Below, piece after piece: positions 1 to 9,642 of a DNA stretch of 64,000 bases (within the stretch, counting starts at the first letter, position 1; each line of letters opens with the position of its first letter). The stretch covers positions 310,001 through 374,000 of the IMG/VR virus record IMGVR_UViG_3300050821_013430, one strand, 5' to 3'. Under the pieces are notes generated by a model. That model was not told the DNA's origin, did not search any database, and saw only the letters and a list, made by a program, of their open reading frames with translations. The position numbers and the translations under genes were made by a program.

Positions 1-111
1 CCGTATAACAATGATATGCCGTGGGGTGTATTCTTGCGCGCCATTGATACTTGGGTTTCAGTAAGTCGTCAGTCAGACTGGCTTGGATCAGTGAAGTAAG
101 TTTGCGTAGGG

Positions 112-570
112 TCATCTAACGGTCATCCAGACTATCGGGATCAGAAAGAGAAGGTGAGTGAATTGATCGATGGCGATCATCAGGATGGCTCCAACCGGCT
201 CTTGGATGGTGGTGCGAAAGGCTCGGATATCTGCTTCATCAATCCGCCAACGAAACTTCATGTCAGTCATGGCAGCAAAGGCGGGGGCCTTGCGGATATA
301 CTTCATCCACATTACTGTTGAGTAGTAAGTGTCAATGGCGTGATGACTAACGAACAGGATGGCAAGTGATGCCAGTATCTTCCACCAGCACATTCCAAAC
401 ATGAGGAGTACTGGTAGGAAGAGAAGCGCGTAGATGGCACAATGCTTGGTGCGGATGCGGAAGTTGGTACTCTTGTTAATAGCCTCAAAGTGAGACTGAG
501 GTATCCAATCACTCAACACATGCACAAATGCATACCACGCGAAGTATCCACCAGCGATACCGTAGATCAT
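112..570 (-). CDS. DUF3307-like membrane protein
   Basis: VHVLSDWIPQ...HCAIY...SHHAID...DQFTHL pattern with hydrophobic helices. Confidence 0.6.
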   Translation of the reverse strand: MIYGIAGGYFAWYAFVHVLSDWIPQSHFEAINKSTNFRIRTKHCAIYALLFLPVLLMFGMCWWKILASLAILFVSHHAIDTYYSTVMWMKYIRKAPAFAAMTDMKFRWRIDEADIRAFRTTIQEPVGAILMIAIDQFTHLLFLIPIVWMTVR

Positions 571-824
571 AGTTCGTCCTCTTTCTCCGTCTCATCCCGC
601 TCGAAAAACTGACACCCCATATGCTCGTACGAAAGAAGCCCTGCTCGCTCCGAAAGAGGATTCGTACAGACACCCCAGTCATATCCCTCATCACCTTTCA
701 ATGGATGAAAGTGTTTGCACCCACACGAGCAATCAGGTTTCTCGTGGTTATCAGTATCGGTGCCAGCCTTATAGGCTTCTTGATCTCGACACACTTTCCA
801 TAGTTGCAAGTGCGTAGCCATCAT
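567..824 (-). CDS. Small Cys/His-rich hypothetical protein
   Basis: DCSCGCKHF...WGVCTNP...GCQFF; overlaps neighbours. Confidence 0.5.
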   Translation of the reverse strand: MMATHLQLWKVCRDQEAYKAGTDTDNHEKPDCSCGCKHFHPLKGDEGYDWGVCTNPLSERAGLLSYEHMGCQFFERDETEKEDEL

Positions 825-1009
825 TCATCTCCTACCAGCCACAACTCGTTCTCTACCACTGGCAACTGCATGTAGTAGCAGCGCATCGTAGTAGCAGCAA
901 GGAGAGCAGCCTGCACATTGTCGGTCTCGACGACCAAAGTCTTCTTGCCCAACACCATAGTGATTGAGCACTGAAACTCTTGATCGCCTACTTGGATGGG
1001 GAAAGTCAT
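821..1009 (-). CDS. Hypothetical protein
   Basis: ATGA-type overlap, operon context. Confidence 0.45.
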   Translation of the reverse strand: MTFPIQVGDQEFQCSITMVLGKKTLVVETDNVQAALLAATTMRCYYMQLPVVENELWLVGDE

Positions 1010-1492
1010 TGGCTACCGCCGAATGATGAGGTAGAGGATGATTCCAACCATCAATACCAAAGCCGTAATCTCTGCGCCGTATTGTCTAAGCATGTACAGT
1101 CTCCATTAGTTGGGCGTCGATAGGACGCCAATGCACTTCCATGATGTCCCGCCCGTCCAGAGTATGGACAAACGGCAACCCCTCTTGACTGAGACGGATA
1201 TCCACCTTCTCTCCTTGGTAGAAGCGAGAGCGATGCCATTCCGATCCCAGGTAGCGATGATTGAGTTTGACGAAGAGGAACTCCCCCTTAGCCTGTACTG
1301 TCCGTTTCATCTGCCTTGGCATCTGCTCGAACATAGTTGTCTCCCCAGGCGATAGCCGCAGCATCGTCCTTGAAACCTGCCTGCTCGAATAGCAGTACCC
1401 CGTCCTTGTAGATGAATAGCCAGGTGCCATGATTACCATCCAACATTACGAGAGCGTAGGTAGTGTCGCCTATCTGAATCGTCTTCTCTCGG

Positions 1493-1765
1493 TTACGCAT
1501 TGAACACCAATCCATCGTGGGTATGGATACTGACTACCTGATCATTTGAGTTCAGATACACCAAGTCTCCGGTGTTGTACTTGATGGATGTACGACCAAT
1601 ACCGATGATGGCGGTCTCCTCAGCACCATTGGCATAATGCTTGATGACCAGATCGCTCTCCTTCAACTCATCTTCCTGGTGTCCCTTATGCCACTCACGG
1701 CACTTGGGGACATCGCATTCCAGGAATCCGTCAGCGTGCCAAGTCCAATGAACCGTTGAAACCAT
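1493..1765 (-). CDS. Hypothetical protein (MVSTVHWTW...)
   Basis: AAGGA SD before ATG at 1765. Confidence 0.5.
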   Translation of the reverse strand: MVSTVHWTWHADGFLECDVPKCREWHKGHQEDELKESDLVIKHYANGAEETAIIGIGRTSIKYNTGDLVYLNSNDQVVSIHTHDGLVFNA

Positions 1766-1783
1766 CGTTATTCCTTTGCTTAT

Positions 1784-3065
1784 CACGTCGCAACTTCGCG
1801 ATTTCATTTGGTAATCAGGGCATAATGGTGCATCCACTTAGACCCATGATGACCTTCAAGTACAAACTCTACAAGAGCCATAAGTTTGGCTACTTAGAGG
1901 CACTTTTGCCCATCGCCTGCGATATCTACAACTGGGTGCTTTTGACCAAACGGGAAGCATATTCATGGGATAAGACCAACATCAGCCTTTATGAGATGCA
2001 GAAAATGGTCAAGGACAGGCGGAACGAGTCTAATTCGGCGTGGAAGATGATCGGCTCGCAAGCCGTAGAGCAAATCATCGATCGTATCTACAATGGCTAT
2101 GAGCGTTTCTTTGGCGATCTGAAACGGGGCGTGAAAACTTCTCCTCCTAAGCTCAAAAAGACACCTAAGTATCGGAGCATCACATTTAGACAGGGCAGGG
2201 GCTACAAACTACTCGATAACAACATCATCTACATCAGCGGACAAGGCTGGAAAGGACGAGGAGGCAAAACATTCAGGTTTCACAAACACCGAGATTGGCG
2301 GGGCCAGATCAAAACCCTTACCATCAAGAAAAACAACTTAGGCGAATGGTTCATCTACATCACAACGGACTATGAGGGAAAACTTCCAGAGCCAACCAGA
2401 ACGGGTAAAAGCGTCGGTTTGGACTTCGGGCTCAAAACATTCCTCACCACATCCGATGGTCAGATGATTCAATCTCCTCAGTTCTTCAAGCAAGGCCTTC
2501 GAGAGATCAAGAGACTGTCAAAACTGTTGAACTCGAAGAAGAAAGGCAGCAACAACTGGGAGCGGGCGAGACTAAACCTTGCTCGGGCCCACGAGAGCAT
2601 AACCAACAAGCGGAAAGACTTCCACTGGAAACTAGCAGTCAAACTTTGTCAGCAGTATGAGTTCATCTGCTTAGAGATACTCAACCTCAAAGGAATGAAA
2701 GCTTTATGGGGTCGCAAGGTTTCCGATCTGGGCTTTTACCAGTTCGTTCAGATACTCAAATGGGAGGCCCAGAAACACGGATGTAGGGTGATCCAAATTG
2801 ATCGTTGGTATCCTTCGTCGAAAGAGTGCGGTGCTTGTTGGCACATCAATCAAAGCCTTTCGTTGCGAGATCGAGAGTGGAACTGCGTTGCCTGCAACGC
2901 CCATCACGATCGTGATCTCAATGCTGCTCAGAACATACTTAGAGTGGGGTTAGCCACTCTTGCAGGAGCCGATGTCAGACCTCTCAAACCCTTGCGGAAG
3001 CAGGGCAAGAAGGCATTCGGCGTTGATAACACAAGATCGAAGCGACACAAATCGCTTCGGATCAA
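1784..3065 (+). mobile_element. Non-autonomous IS200/IS605-type element (tnpB only)
   Basis: tnpB antisense to the operon; subterminal hairpin then TCAA (3062-3065); TTAT at 1780-1783 as candidate left junction; no tnpA. Confidence 0.55.
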
Positions 3066-3069
3066 CTAA
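1825..3069 (+). CDS. tnpB: TnpB RNA-guided endonuclease
   Basis: RuvC motifs VGLDFGLK, ICLE, HDRDLNAAQNI; CxxC...CxxC Zn finger; start 1825 or 1846. Confidence 0.93.
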   Translation: MVHPLRPMMTFKYKLYKSHKFGYLEALLPIACDIYNWVLLTKREAYSWDKTNISLYEMQKMVKDRRNESNSAWKMIGSQAVEQIIDRIYNGYERFFGDLKRGVKTSPPKLKKTPKYRSITFRQGRGYKLLDNNIIYISGQGWKGRGGKTFRFHKHRDWRGQIKTLTIKKNNLGEWFIYITTDYEGKLPEPTRTGKSVGLDFGLKTFLTTSDGQMIQSPQFFKQGLREIKRLSKLLNSKKKGSNNWERARLNLARAHESITNKRKDFHWKLAVKLCQQYEFICLEILNLKGMKALWGRKVSDLGFYQFVQILKWEAQKHGCRVIQIDRWYPSSKECGACWHINQSLSLRDREWNCVACNAHHDRDLNAAQNILRVGLATLAGADVRPLKPLRKQGKKAFGVDNTRSKRHKSLRIN

Positions 3070-3085
3070 CACAGCCGATCAGAAG
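2945..3085 (+). ncRNA. Putative omega-RNA of TnpB, overlapping the tnpB 3' end
   Basis: Similar to the 3' end of the second tnpB, with covarying GNRA hairpin; terminal hairpin gatcgaagcga/tcgcttcggatc. Confidence 0.6.
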
Positions 3086-3214
3086 GAACGGCAGGGCTGC
3101 CATCGCAGCGATGAACGCCGTTAGACCAATCGCGTACCAATAGGCCGAGGGGTCTTCGGGGATGCGGACGACTTCGATTCCACGCTTCGCGTCTTGTACC
3201 AGTAGTTTCTTCAT
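3062..3214 (-). CDS. Small membrane protein
   Basis: MKKLLVQD..., C-terminal hydrophobic helix; its stop lies in the IS right end. Confidence 0.5.
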   Translation of the reverse strand: MKKLLVQDAKRGIEVVRIPEDPSAYWYAIGLTAFIAAMAALPFLLIGCVS

Positions 3215-3231
3215 GATCGGTCTCCTTGTTG

Positions 3232-3510
3232 TTAGTGTGGTAAGTAGCATTGAGGACATACGGCTTGCTTGATCTCGGAGGCTGCGACGTACCAGAGTTT
3301 GCTGGCCCTGTACTTGTCTTCCAGACCCTCGAACTTGTCGTAAGGCTGCCAGAGCCAGCCATGACCGTTTTGACTAAGGACGATGTAGCCGGTGTCATAT
3401 GCCTGCGGCGATAATGCATTAGTTGAATTGTAGGCTACGATAGTGTGAAACTGGCCACCACCGGTATCGAAACGAACTTCAATGGTGTCGCCAATTGAGT
3501 ACTTGTGCAT
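3232..3510 (-). CDS. CxQCxxxH-tail protein, SH3-like N-domain (family A)
   Basis: MHKYSIGDTIEV...VCPQCYLPH*. Confidence 0.75.
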   Translation of the reverse strand: MHKYSIGDTIEVRFDTGGGQFHTIVAYNSTNALSPQAYDTGYIVLSQNGHGWLWQPYDKFEGLEDKYRASKLWYVAASEIKQAVCPQCYLPH

Positions 3511-3518
3511 AGTCGCTC

Positions 3519-3776
3519 CTAAGGATGGTTTTGCTTGCACTGCGGACAAACTTCTTCTACCACTGAGCCTCGGCTAACCCAGTAGAGTTTCTCGTTCTTG
3601 TACCTCTCATCCAATTCCTGGATTTCCTTGTAGAGGGTGGGGTTGCTTTCCTTCGTCCATCCATTCAACGGATTGAGAACAAAATACCCGCCATATCCAC
3701 GGCCAACGATGATATGGTAATGGGTATCGGCTACATAATGGCCCAACCGTACATGCGTTCCAACTGCGTATTCCAT
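3519..3776 (-). CDS. CxQCxxxH-tail protein, family A
   Basis: MEYAVGTHVRL...VCPQCKQNHP*. Confidence 0.75.
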   Translation of the reverse strand: MEYAVGTHVRLGHYVADTHYHIIVGRGYGGYFVLNPLNGWTKESNPTLYKEIQELDERYKNEKLYWVSRGSVVEEVCPQCKQNHP

Positions 3777-3779
3777 AGT

Positions 3780-4040
3780 CTATACTCCGTGGTGTTTGCC
3801 GCACTGAGAACAACGATCTTCGGTAATGACTTCTCCTCTGATCCACCAATACCGATGTCCATGATACTCTTGCGGCATCGCCGTGATCTTTACGTCTTCC
3901 ATCTCAAACCAGCCATCGTCTTGCAAGACCAGATATCCCTCTTCGCGATTGTAGATGGCATGCGCAGCGATCTTTTTCACCCCGGGCCCAATGCAGGTCG
4001 CATTACTGACATAGACCATCATTCCGATCGGATACTTCAT
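3780..4040 (-). CDS. CxQCxxxH-tail protein, family A
   Basis: MKYPIGMMVYV...RCSQCGKHHGV*; ATGA overlap. Confidence 0.75.
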   Translation of the reverse strand: MKYPIGMMVYVSNATCIGPGVKKIAAHAIYNREEGYLVLQDDGWFEMEDVKITAMPQEYHGHRYWWIRGEVITEDRCSQCGKHHGV

Positions 4041-4327
4041 CGCTTCACCTGCATGAGGATCACCCCTTCGTTGAGCCAAGCCAATAACTGCTTCCACTGC
4101 GTTTCCCCCAACGGAACAATCCGTTGCCAGTCCTTCTCGGACGCTTCTACCTCCGCCTCGAAGGCAAGCCAATCTTGTTGAGGCTGACCCCATGACGGGA
4201 CGCCCTTGATGAACTCGGAGTGTATAGTAGGGCTCAGGTTCAATAACCAAAGCCGAACAGCGATCAACTTCTCATCGTGATAGGCTAAGTGGTTAGTGCC
4301 TGGGATAGTAAGGTAGATAGTAGCCAT
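4037..4327 (-). CDS. Hypothetical protein
   Basis: Coupled overlaps at both ends. Confidence 0.55.
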   Translation of the reverse strand: MATIYLTIPGTNHLAYHDEKLIAVRLWLLNLSPTIHSEFIKGVPSWGQPQQDWLAFEAEVEASEKDWQRIVPLGETQWKQLLAWLNEGVILMQVKR

Positions 4328-4449
4328 TAGTATTCAGGAGTCCCCCTCTTACCACACCTGGTGCAAACATCGTAATAGACCTCTCCCCACTCATACCATC
4401 CTGCTTGTTTCCAATCATGGCCAAACAGCAAACAGTATAGGCGCTTCAT
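4327..4449 (-). CDS. DUF1660-like small Zn-binding protein (not in ORF track)
   Basis: MKRLYCLLFGHDW...CTRCGKRGTPEY*; TGATG/TAATG overlaps. Confidence 0.6.
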   Translation of the reverse strand: MKRLYCLLFGHDWKQAGWYEWGEVYYDVCTRCGKRGTPEY

Positions 4450-5222
4450 CAGAACTCACTGACCATAACGCCAAACTTCTTGCTATGTTCCTGATCGGTA
4501 ATCGCATCCTCGGGAAACTCGGTCTCGGCAAGAAGGGTCTTGATCGCAGTCTTCTCGGCTTCTAAGGCAGCAGCAGAGAAGGATTTTGACCACCACTGCT
4601 TAGAACAACCAGAGCATTCCACGCCCTTGAAACCACCGTCGTAGAACATCCAGGGGACAAGAGCGCATCTGCATTCCGGGCACCGCATTCCAACGTCTTG
4701 TTTCGATGTCTCGATCCAATACCTGCGTGTCTCTCTTTTGAGAGCAGCATTCCACGCCCTATCTTCCAGGACACCGCCCAACCTCTCAATGATACGATAG
4801 GAGGCTATGTTGTCATCGGCGCAGGTCAATAACGCCTTCTCAATGCCAAGGGCCTCGCAGATGGGCAGTGCTTGCTGCATCATCTCAGAGCCATATCCCT
4901 TGCGACGGAAGCGCTCTGCTACTGCATAGCCAATATGGCCACCATAGACTTTGAGGGATTCGGTAAGGCGATGTCGGATGCTGAGACGACCAACGATGGC
5001 TTGTCCCACGAAACCATAGAGCACGGTATGGGGGGCCCAGCCTTCGGGCAAGTCTTCTCCGACCTGATGCTTTTGCAGCAGGGAGAACAACTCCTTGTAG
5101 GTCATTCCCTCTCGCCAGGATGGGGCATACCAATGCTGGTCTTCGGGTTTCCAGTCTTTGAGACCGAGAAGCCAGGATTGTTCGTCAGTTTCGGTGAGGG
5201 GTCGTAGAACGAGTTTGGTCAT
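4449..5222 (-). CDS. GNAT acetyltransferase with C-terminal Zn-ribbon extension
   Basis: GHIGYAVAERFRRKGYG, LTCADDNIASYRIIERLGG; then CPEC...CSGC. Confidence 0.85.
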   Translation of the reverse strand: MTKLVLRPLTETDEQSWLLGLKDWKPEDQHWYAPSWREGMTYKELFSLLQKHQVGEDLPEGWAPHTVLYGFVGQAIVGRLSIRHRLTESLKVYGGHIGYAVAERFRRKGYGSEMMQQALPICEALGIEKALLTCADDNIASYRIIERLGGVLEDRAWNAALKRETRRYWIETSKQDVGMRCPECRCALVPWMFYDGGFKGVECSGCSKQWWSKSFSAAALEAEKTAIKTLLAETEFPEDAITDQEHSKKFGVMVSEF

Positions 5223-5225
5223 TGT

Positions 5226-5510
5226 CTATCCGTGAATGGGGCAGCCGCGGCTGGTGTATTGTTCGCAAGAGCAGCGAGGATCGGTTTTGACTGCCTCACG
5301 CTTACCCGTGTAATCTTTCAACGCTTGACTGATCGTTTCCTCTACTGCGTTGTTGATGTCCTGCGCATAGTCCTCATCCAACTCCCCACTCTTGTCCTTG
5401 ATCATCTTGGATAGGGCGTCGAAGAGTTTCTGCATCGCTTCGTTGTAGTCGTCTCGATCCCGCCAACTACCGACTTGGGTAGCAGTCCAGAGTTTCTTCC
5501 GCTTACTCAT
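5226..5510 (-). CDS. Hypothetical protein ending CxC...CPIHG
   Basis: ORF track, operon context. Confidence 0.55.
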   Translation of the reverse strand: MSKRKKLWTATQVGSWRDRDDYNEAMQKLFDALSKMIKDKSGELDEDYAQDINNAVEETISQALKDYTGKREAVKTDPRCSCEQYTSRGCPIHG

Positions 5511-5721
5511 CGTTGTCTTCGCCCTTCTTTGCCCGATCTTCCTTCTCTTTGGCTCGACGCTCGCCCTGCTTATGCAAGCCTTGACCTGACTTGAACTTTA
5601 CGGCAAGGGCCAATTGGCTCCTGGCCTTCTTCTGCTTGCGCGGTTTCTTCCGTTTGGTTCTGCGCTTGTGCATCGTTCCGCACTGCCTCGCTATGATCAT
5701 AACAGCCTCAAATCTGAGGCG

Positions 5722-6579
5722 CTATTGCCTCAATTGTCGAGTGTGTTTGTAGATGGATTCGATCTGATCGAGAAATTCATCGAGTGTCAGATCACTCTTC
5801 ATCCAGTTGCATATCTTGCAACATGGCACCACATTATCGATGATGTGGCCCTTAGAACTATCGATACGATCGATGCCGTTATAGATGAACGGTTCAGCTT
5901 TTTGGTCGTCGCCCTTCAAATTGAAGGAGTTGCTGGGTGGGCGCCCGCAATAATAGCACTGTTCCTGTGAAAGGCTATAGAAAGAGTCAAAATCAAGGAT
6001 CTCATCTCCGTACCCTCTATCTTTTTCGCGGGATCGATAACCCCTCCACACGATCTTTGCAAGAGCCACGATAGGCGTATACCTTGTCTCAAATCGATGA
6101 GACTTGGGGCTGGTATGTAGCGTCGCGCGATGTTCGGCTGCCATACAACCACAACTCTTATTACGCCCGCCTTTCACATCGGCTGGGGTCGCAAGCGTCT
6201 GATTACCACAATCACATTCAACTTCCCATAGTACACCGTCACGACGTCTTTGTTCTGTTGGTTTGAGAAACTTGAGTCGATGGATTTTGATCTCGGTCAT
6301 ATCCAAATTGGTTCGAGTTTTGCCGGGGAGCGTGGCCGCTTCAGCCGGAGCGCCAGCCTTTTGGTGAATAGGATTGCAACAACGCAAATTACCACAGGTA
6401 GGGAATACATAAGCACCATTAGGAACAGTCCCGTGAACCACCAAATAAATCGCCCTCCTATTATAGGCGTTCGTTTTTCTGCTCACGCTACCTATGTATT
6501 CCCAGCATTCGTTCTCACCACAAATACCTATCCGTTTCCCGAACCGTTCTTTGATCTGTGCCAGTATGTCTTTGTCCAT
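5722..6579 (-). CDS. HNH homing endonuclease
   Basis: CYYCG...GIDRIDSSKGHIIDNVVPCCKICNWMK; CDCG..KSCGC domain; degenerate N-terminal HNH. Confidence 0.85.
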   Translation of the reverse strand: MDKDILAQIKERFGKRIGICGENECWEYIGSVSRKTNAYNRRAIYLVVHGTVPNGAYVFPTCGNLRCCNPIHQKAGAPAEAATLPGKTRTNLDMTEIKIHRLKFLKPTEQRRRDGVLWEVECDCGNQTLATPADVKGGRNKSCGCMAAEHRATLHTSPKSHRFETRYTPIVALAKIVWRGYRSREKDRGYGDEILDFDSFYSLSQEQCYYCGRPPSNSFNLKGDDQKAEPFIYNGIDRIDSSKGHIIDNVVPCCKICNWMKSDLTLDEFLDQIESIYKHTRQLRQ

Positions 6580-6639
6580 ACTGAATCATATATCGAGCGA
6601 TCCAGAGATGTTATCCTAACGATTGGATTTCGATGAGGA

Positions 6640-6939
6640 TTATCGGTGTCTTCCTCCTCCGCCATGAAAACCGCCTCTAAATCCGCTATGATACCCTCTC
6701 CCGTGAAAGTGATACTCGTGATACCGTCCATACCACTCATGGCCGGGGCCTATCCATCCATATCCTGGGTGATAGTAATACACCACACCATTGTATCCGG
6801 TGTAATACTGCACCTGATAACAGGCGCCGGTCTCATCACAATACTGCGTGTATCCACGAGGATAGTCCGCATCATACGGATACACCACACACCCACTCAG
6901 CATCAAACACGCACTCAGTGCCAACAGTAGTCTCTTCAT
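6640..6939 (-). CDS. Putative lipoprotein with Tyr/His/Gly-rich tail
   Basis: MKRLLLALSACLMLSGC lipobox. Confidence 0.6.
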   Translation of the reverse strand: MKRLLLALSACLMLSGCVVYPYDADYPRGYTQYCDETGACYQVQYYTGYNGVVYYYHPGYGWIGPGHEWYGRYHEYHFHGRGYHSGFRGGFHGGGGRHR

Positions 6940-6952
6940 AGTCTTCTTCCTT

Positions 6953-7204
6953 TCAATGCAGGACGATACATTGGTCTTTCTGGTACTTGACTGCGAACTG
7001 AATGAATACTGGCTTTTGAGTATCGGGGTCGATATAGAAACGGCTTTCTGCTATCCCATACACTGATGGTACTGGTGCGCCGGGCCCAACATATCCCGTA
7101 TCTACGAAGCACATTGTCCCATAGTATGAGGGCGTTATATACGGTTGCCTTTGAGAAGCACATCCGAACATACACGCACTCAACGCAATCAATAGCTTCT
7201 TCAT
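6953..7204 (-). CDS. Putative lipoprotein
   Basis: MKKLLIALSACMFGC; signal similar to neighbour. Confidence 0.55.
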   Translation of the reverse strand: MKKLLIALSACMFGCASQRQPYITPSYYGTMCFVDTGYVGPGAPVPSVYGIAESRFYIDPDTQKPVFIQFAVKYQKDQCIVLH

Positions 7205-7382
7205 CGTACTACTCCTATCGGAAGGTTTGGATACGCTTCCATTGGTTCAACATACACGCCCTTGTCGCGACTATCCGGATGCCTTCTGCAATTGGGGCAT
7301 CCTGATCCGAAGAACACTCGGGTGCAGGTACCGCAAATGGCAGCGTTACATACCGGATGTGTGGTGATGCGGTAGGGACTTT

Positions 7383-7574
7383 TCACGGGATGAACTTGGT
7401 CTTAGAGCAGACCAAACACTGCTCATAGTGATCGTTCTTCTTGAACCAGCGATGTCCCTTGAACTCGCAGGCCAAATTACGGATGGCTTGAATTGAGCCA
7501 GGCCCTTCCTTCTTCGGCTTGTCCTTCTCTTTGCGGAGCAGTTTACCGAGGAACGTGTCCTTATCGATGTTCAT
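7383..7574 (-). CDS. DUF1660-like small Zn-binding protein
   Basis: LACEFKGHRW...CLVC. Confidence 0.5.
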   Translation of the reverse strand: MNIDKDTFLGKLLRKEKDKPKKEGPGSIQAIRNLACEFKGHRWFKKNDHYEQCLVCSKTKFIP

Positions 7575-7971
7575 GTCTATACCTCTTCTCTCAGGTCTTC
7601 CAACACTGAGTAGGCATAATCGAATGCCCACTCGTCATGCTCGTAGGCTTCCATCGGGGAGATGCTGCTGGGAAGATCGTCGATCCCTTGACCGACCACC
7701 TCCAATAACACCTTATCCACTTCCTGCTTCCATTGTTCAAAGGTCATCGCACTTCTCCTGGCTTTTTCATTGAGTTGTCTTGGATCTTGGGATGCTTACA
7801 GTTTACGTGCCACCAGTTGTAGTTATGACTATGACTGAAATGCATCTCGTTCAGTACCAGACAGGGACGACAGATCAGAAAGGCGCTGGTCTCCTGATAG
7901 TCATGGAGCCAGTCAGTCTGATCGGGAACGATCTCTTGTTCGCAGTTAGAGCAGCGATATTCCATGTCAGG

Positions 7972-8298
7972 CTACCCCTTCAACGGTTGGATATGCAGTC
8001 GGAACCATCGTGTTCCGTCGTTCTTTGGTTCTGACCACTCCCATATCTCGATAGCATCGCCCTCTTTGATCTGACCTGAGACGGTGATGTGGGGAGCCTT
8101 GGCGCAGAACTTCAACCACTGCTTGGGGCCGAGAGTTTTGGGACGCACCTTCTGAAAGGCGATGTAGAAGGCATCATCGTTCCATCGCTCAATGACTTGG
8201 GCGATATAGTGGATGGAGTTAGAGGCTGGCCCGCTGATGTACTTCTTAGGTGGCAATGTCCTGACAGCAAGTTGCTTGGTTGGCTTGGTAGGTATCAT
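7972..8298 (-). CDS. Hypothetical protein
   Basis: GAGGAG SD before MIPTKPTK. Confidence 0.5.
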   Translation of the reverse strand: MIPTKPTKQLAVRTLPPKKYISGPASNSIHYIAQVIERWNDDAFYIAFQKVRPKTLGPKQWLKFCAKAPHITVSGQIKEGDAIEIWEWSEPKNDGTRWFRLHIQPLKG

Positions 8299-8519
8299 AG
8301 GTCTCCTCATTGGCGACGGAATGAATGGGAAGCACGGTGCCATGACACTTAGGGCAGGCGTCATAGACGGGGTAGAAGGAATAGACGGGGTTTTCCGCCC
8401 GTTTTCCACCCCAAGAACATGCAATGCACTTCACTCGGAATTTGGAACTGGCTGTTTTCATTGATGATCCTGTCTGGTAATAAGGGGGCATCCAAATAGA
8501 CCCCTCTTAGGAGCCCCCA

Positions 8520-9278
8520 ATGGTATCTCTCCCCCAACTCTCTGCAAAAGTCGTCTTCTGGTTCAATCCCGCGGATGGCATTATGGTGCAAGCAGGCACC
8601 GGCGTTTCCAGTCTTTTAGACAGCGCCAACGGCTATGCCCTCACCCAACTCACCGTCGCTAATCAGCCTACACTAAACATCAATGGGATGCAGTCAGGCC
8701 CGCAGCAAGTGGTAGGTACTACCTACTTCAACTGCAACTACGACCTCAACTTCGTCCTTGCCTCAACTCAGTACATGACCAATAATAATATTGGAACTGC
8801 ATTAAGCCAACAAGACTTCACTATCTGTTGGGCATCGAAAGTAACAGCAATTGCTGGCGCCACCGGCGATGTTTTTTCGTTAGGTCATTCAACAATTGGC
8901 GGAAGTATTGCGGTCGGATTCGGTGGTGGGAATGTTACTATTGGTGCATTAAATGACGCACATAGTGGTGGTGGTGTTTCGACTACTGCGACAAATGACG
9001 GTTTGGCACACGCTTACACCTTAGTCAAGCATGGATCTAACCTAACCATTCGACAAGATGGTGTTCAGAAAGCCCAACTCACCACTCTCTCGGGTACATA
9101 CAGTTTCGACACCTTCACCCTCGGCGCTCTCGCAAGAGGCGGAGTGGTCAATACCCCATTCGGTGGGGACATTCTCCAAATCGCTGGTTGGTTTGGCGCA
9201 GTTGATACTCCCAAGCCAGTAGAGACCTACCTAATGGGTCAATGCGGAGTGTCCAATCTCGATTGGAACATGGGCTAA
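8520..9278 (+). CDS. LamG/concanavalin A-like beta-sandwich protein
   Basis: AGGAG SD; VVFWFNPAD, LGALARGG...FGGDILQIAGW pattern; G/T/N-rich. Confidence 0.6.
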   Translation: MVSLPQLSAKVVFWFNPADGIMVQAGTGVSSLLDSANGYALTQLTVANQPTLNINGMQSGPQQVVGTTYFNCNYDLNFVLASTQYMTNNNIGTALSQQDFTICWASKVTAIAGATGDVFSLGHSTIGGSIAVGFGGGNVTIGALNDAHSGGGVSTTATNDGLAHAYTLVKHGSNLTIRQDGVQKAQLTTLSGTYSFDTFTLGALARGGVVNTPFGGDILQIAGWFGAVDTPKPVETYLMGQCGVSNLDWNMG

Positions 9279-9282
9279 TCGC

Positions 9283-9642
9283 TCAGACGAACTCCACTTC
9301 CACATCGTGCTTAGCGAAGATCTCCTTCACCGTTTCCTCACGCTTATCCTCAGCGATAGCGAGAGTATCGTTGGCTATCGTCAATTGATAGCACTCTTCC
9401 GAGACATTGAACACGTTGCCACCAAAGAGCCACTTTGCCGCTTCGATGGGGAATAGGGTATCCTTGTACAGGGCCTCAATACCAATCGGGGACTTGACGT
9501 CGGTCAGTTTCCCAGAGTCCAATCCGAGAGCCGCGCAGTAGAAACCGAGACAGCACTGCTTACCATCCTCCTTACGACGGAGATAGGCGTTGGTACTGCC
9601 TTCGCCTCGGAGCCAGGTAGATCGATCAATGGTGAGTTTCAT
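9283..9642 (-). CDS. Phage hypothetical protein (CCLG motif)
   Basis: WLRGEG...QCCLGFYC...ANDT. Confidence 0.55.
   Translation of the reverse strand: MKLTIDRSTWLRGEGSTNAYLRRKEDGKQCCLGFYCAALGLDSGKLTDVKSPIGIEALYKDTLFPIEAAKWLFGGNVFNVSEECYQLTIANDTLAIAEDKREETVKEIFAKHDVEVEFV

Noticed and set aside
4449-4700. GNAT C-terminal CPEC...CSGC as a tail-family member
   Set aside because: It is not terminal and lacks the Q and His.
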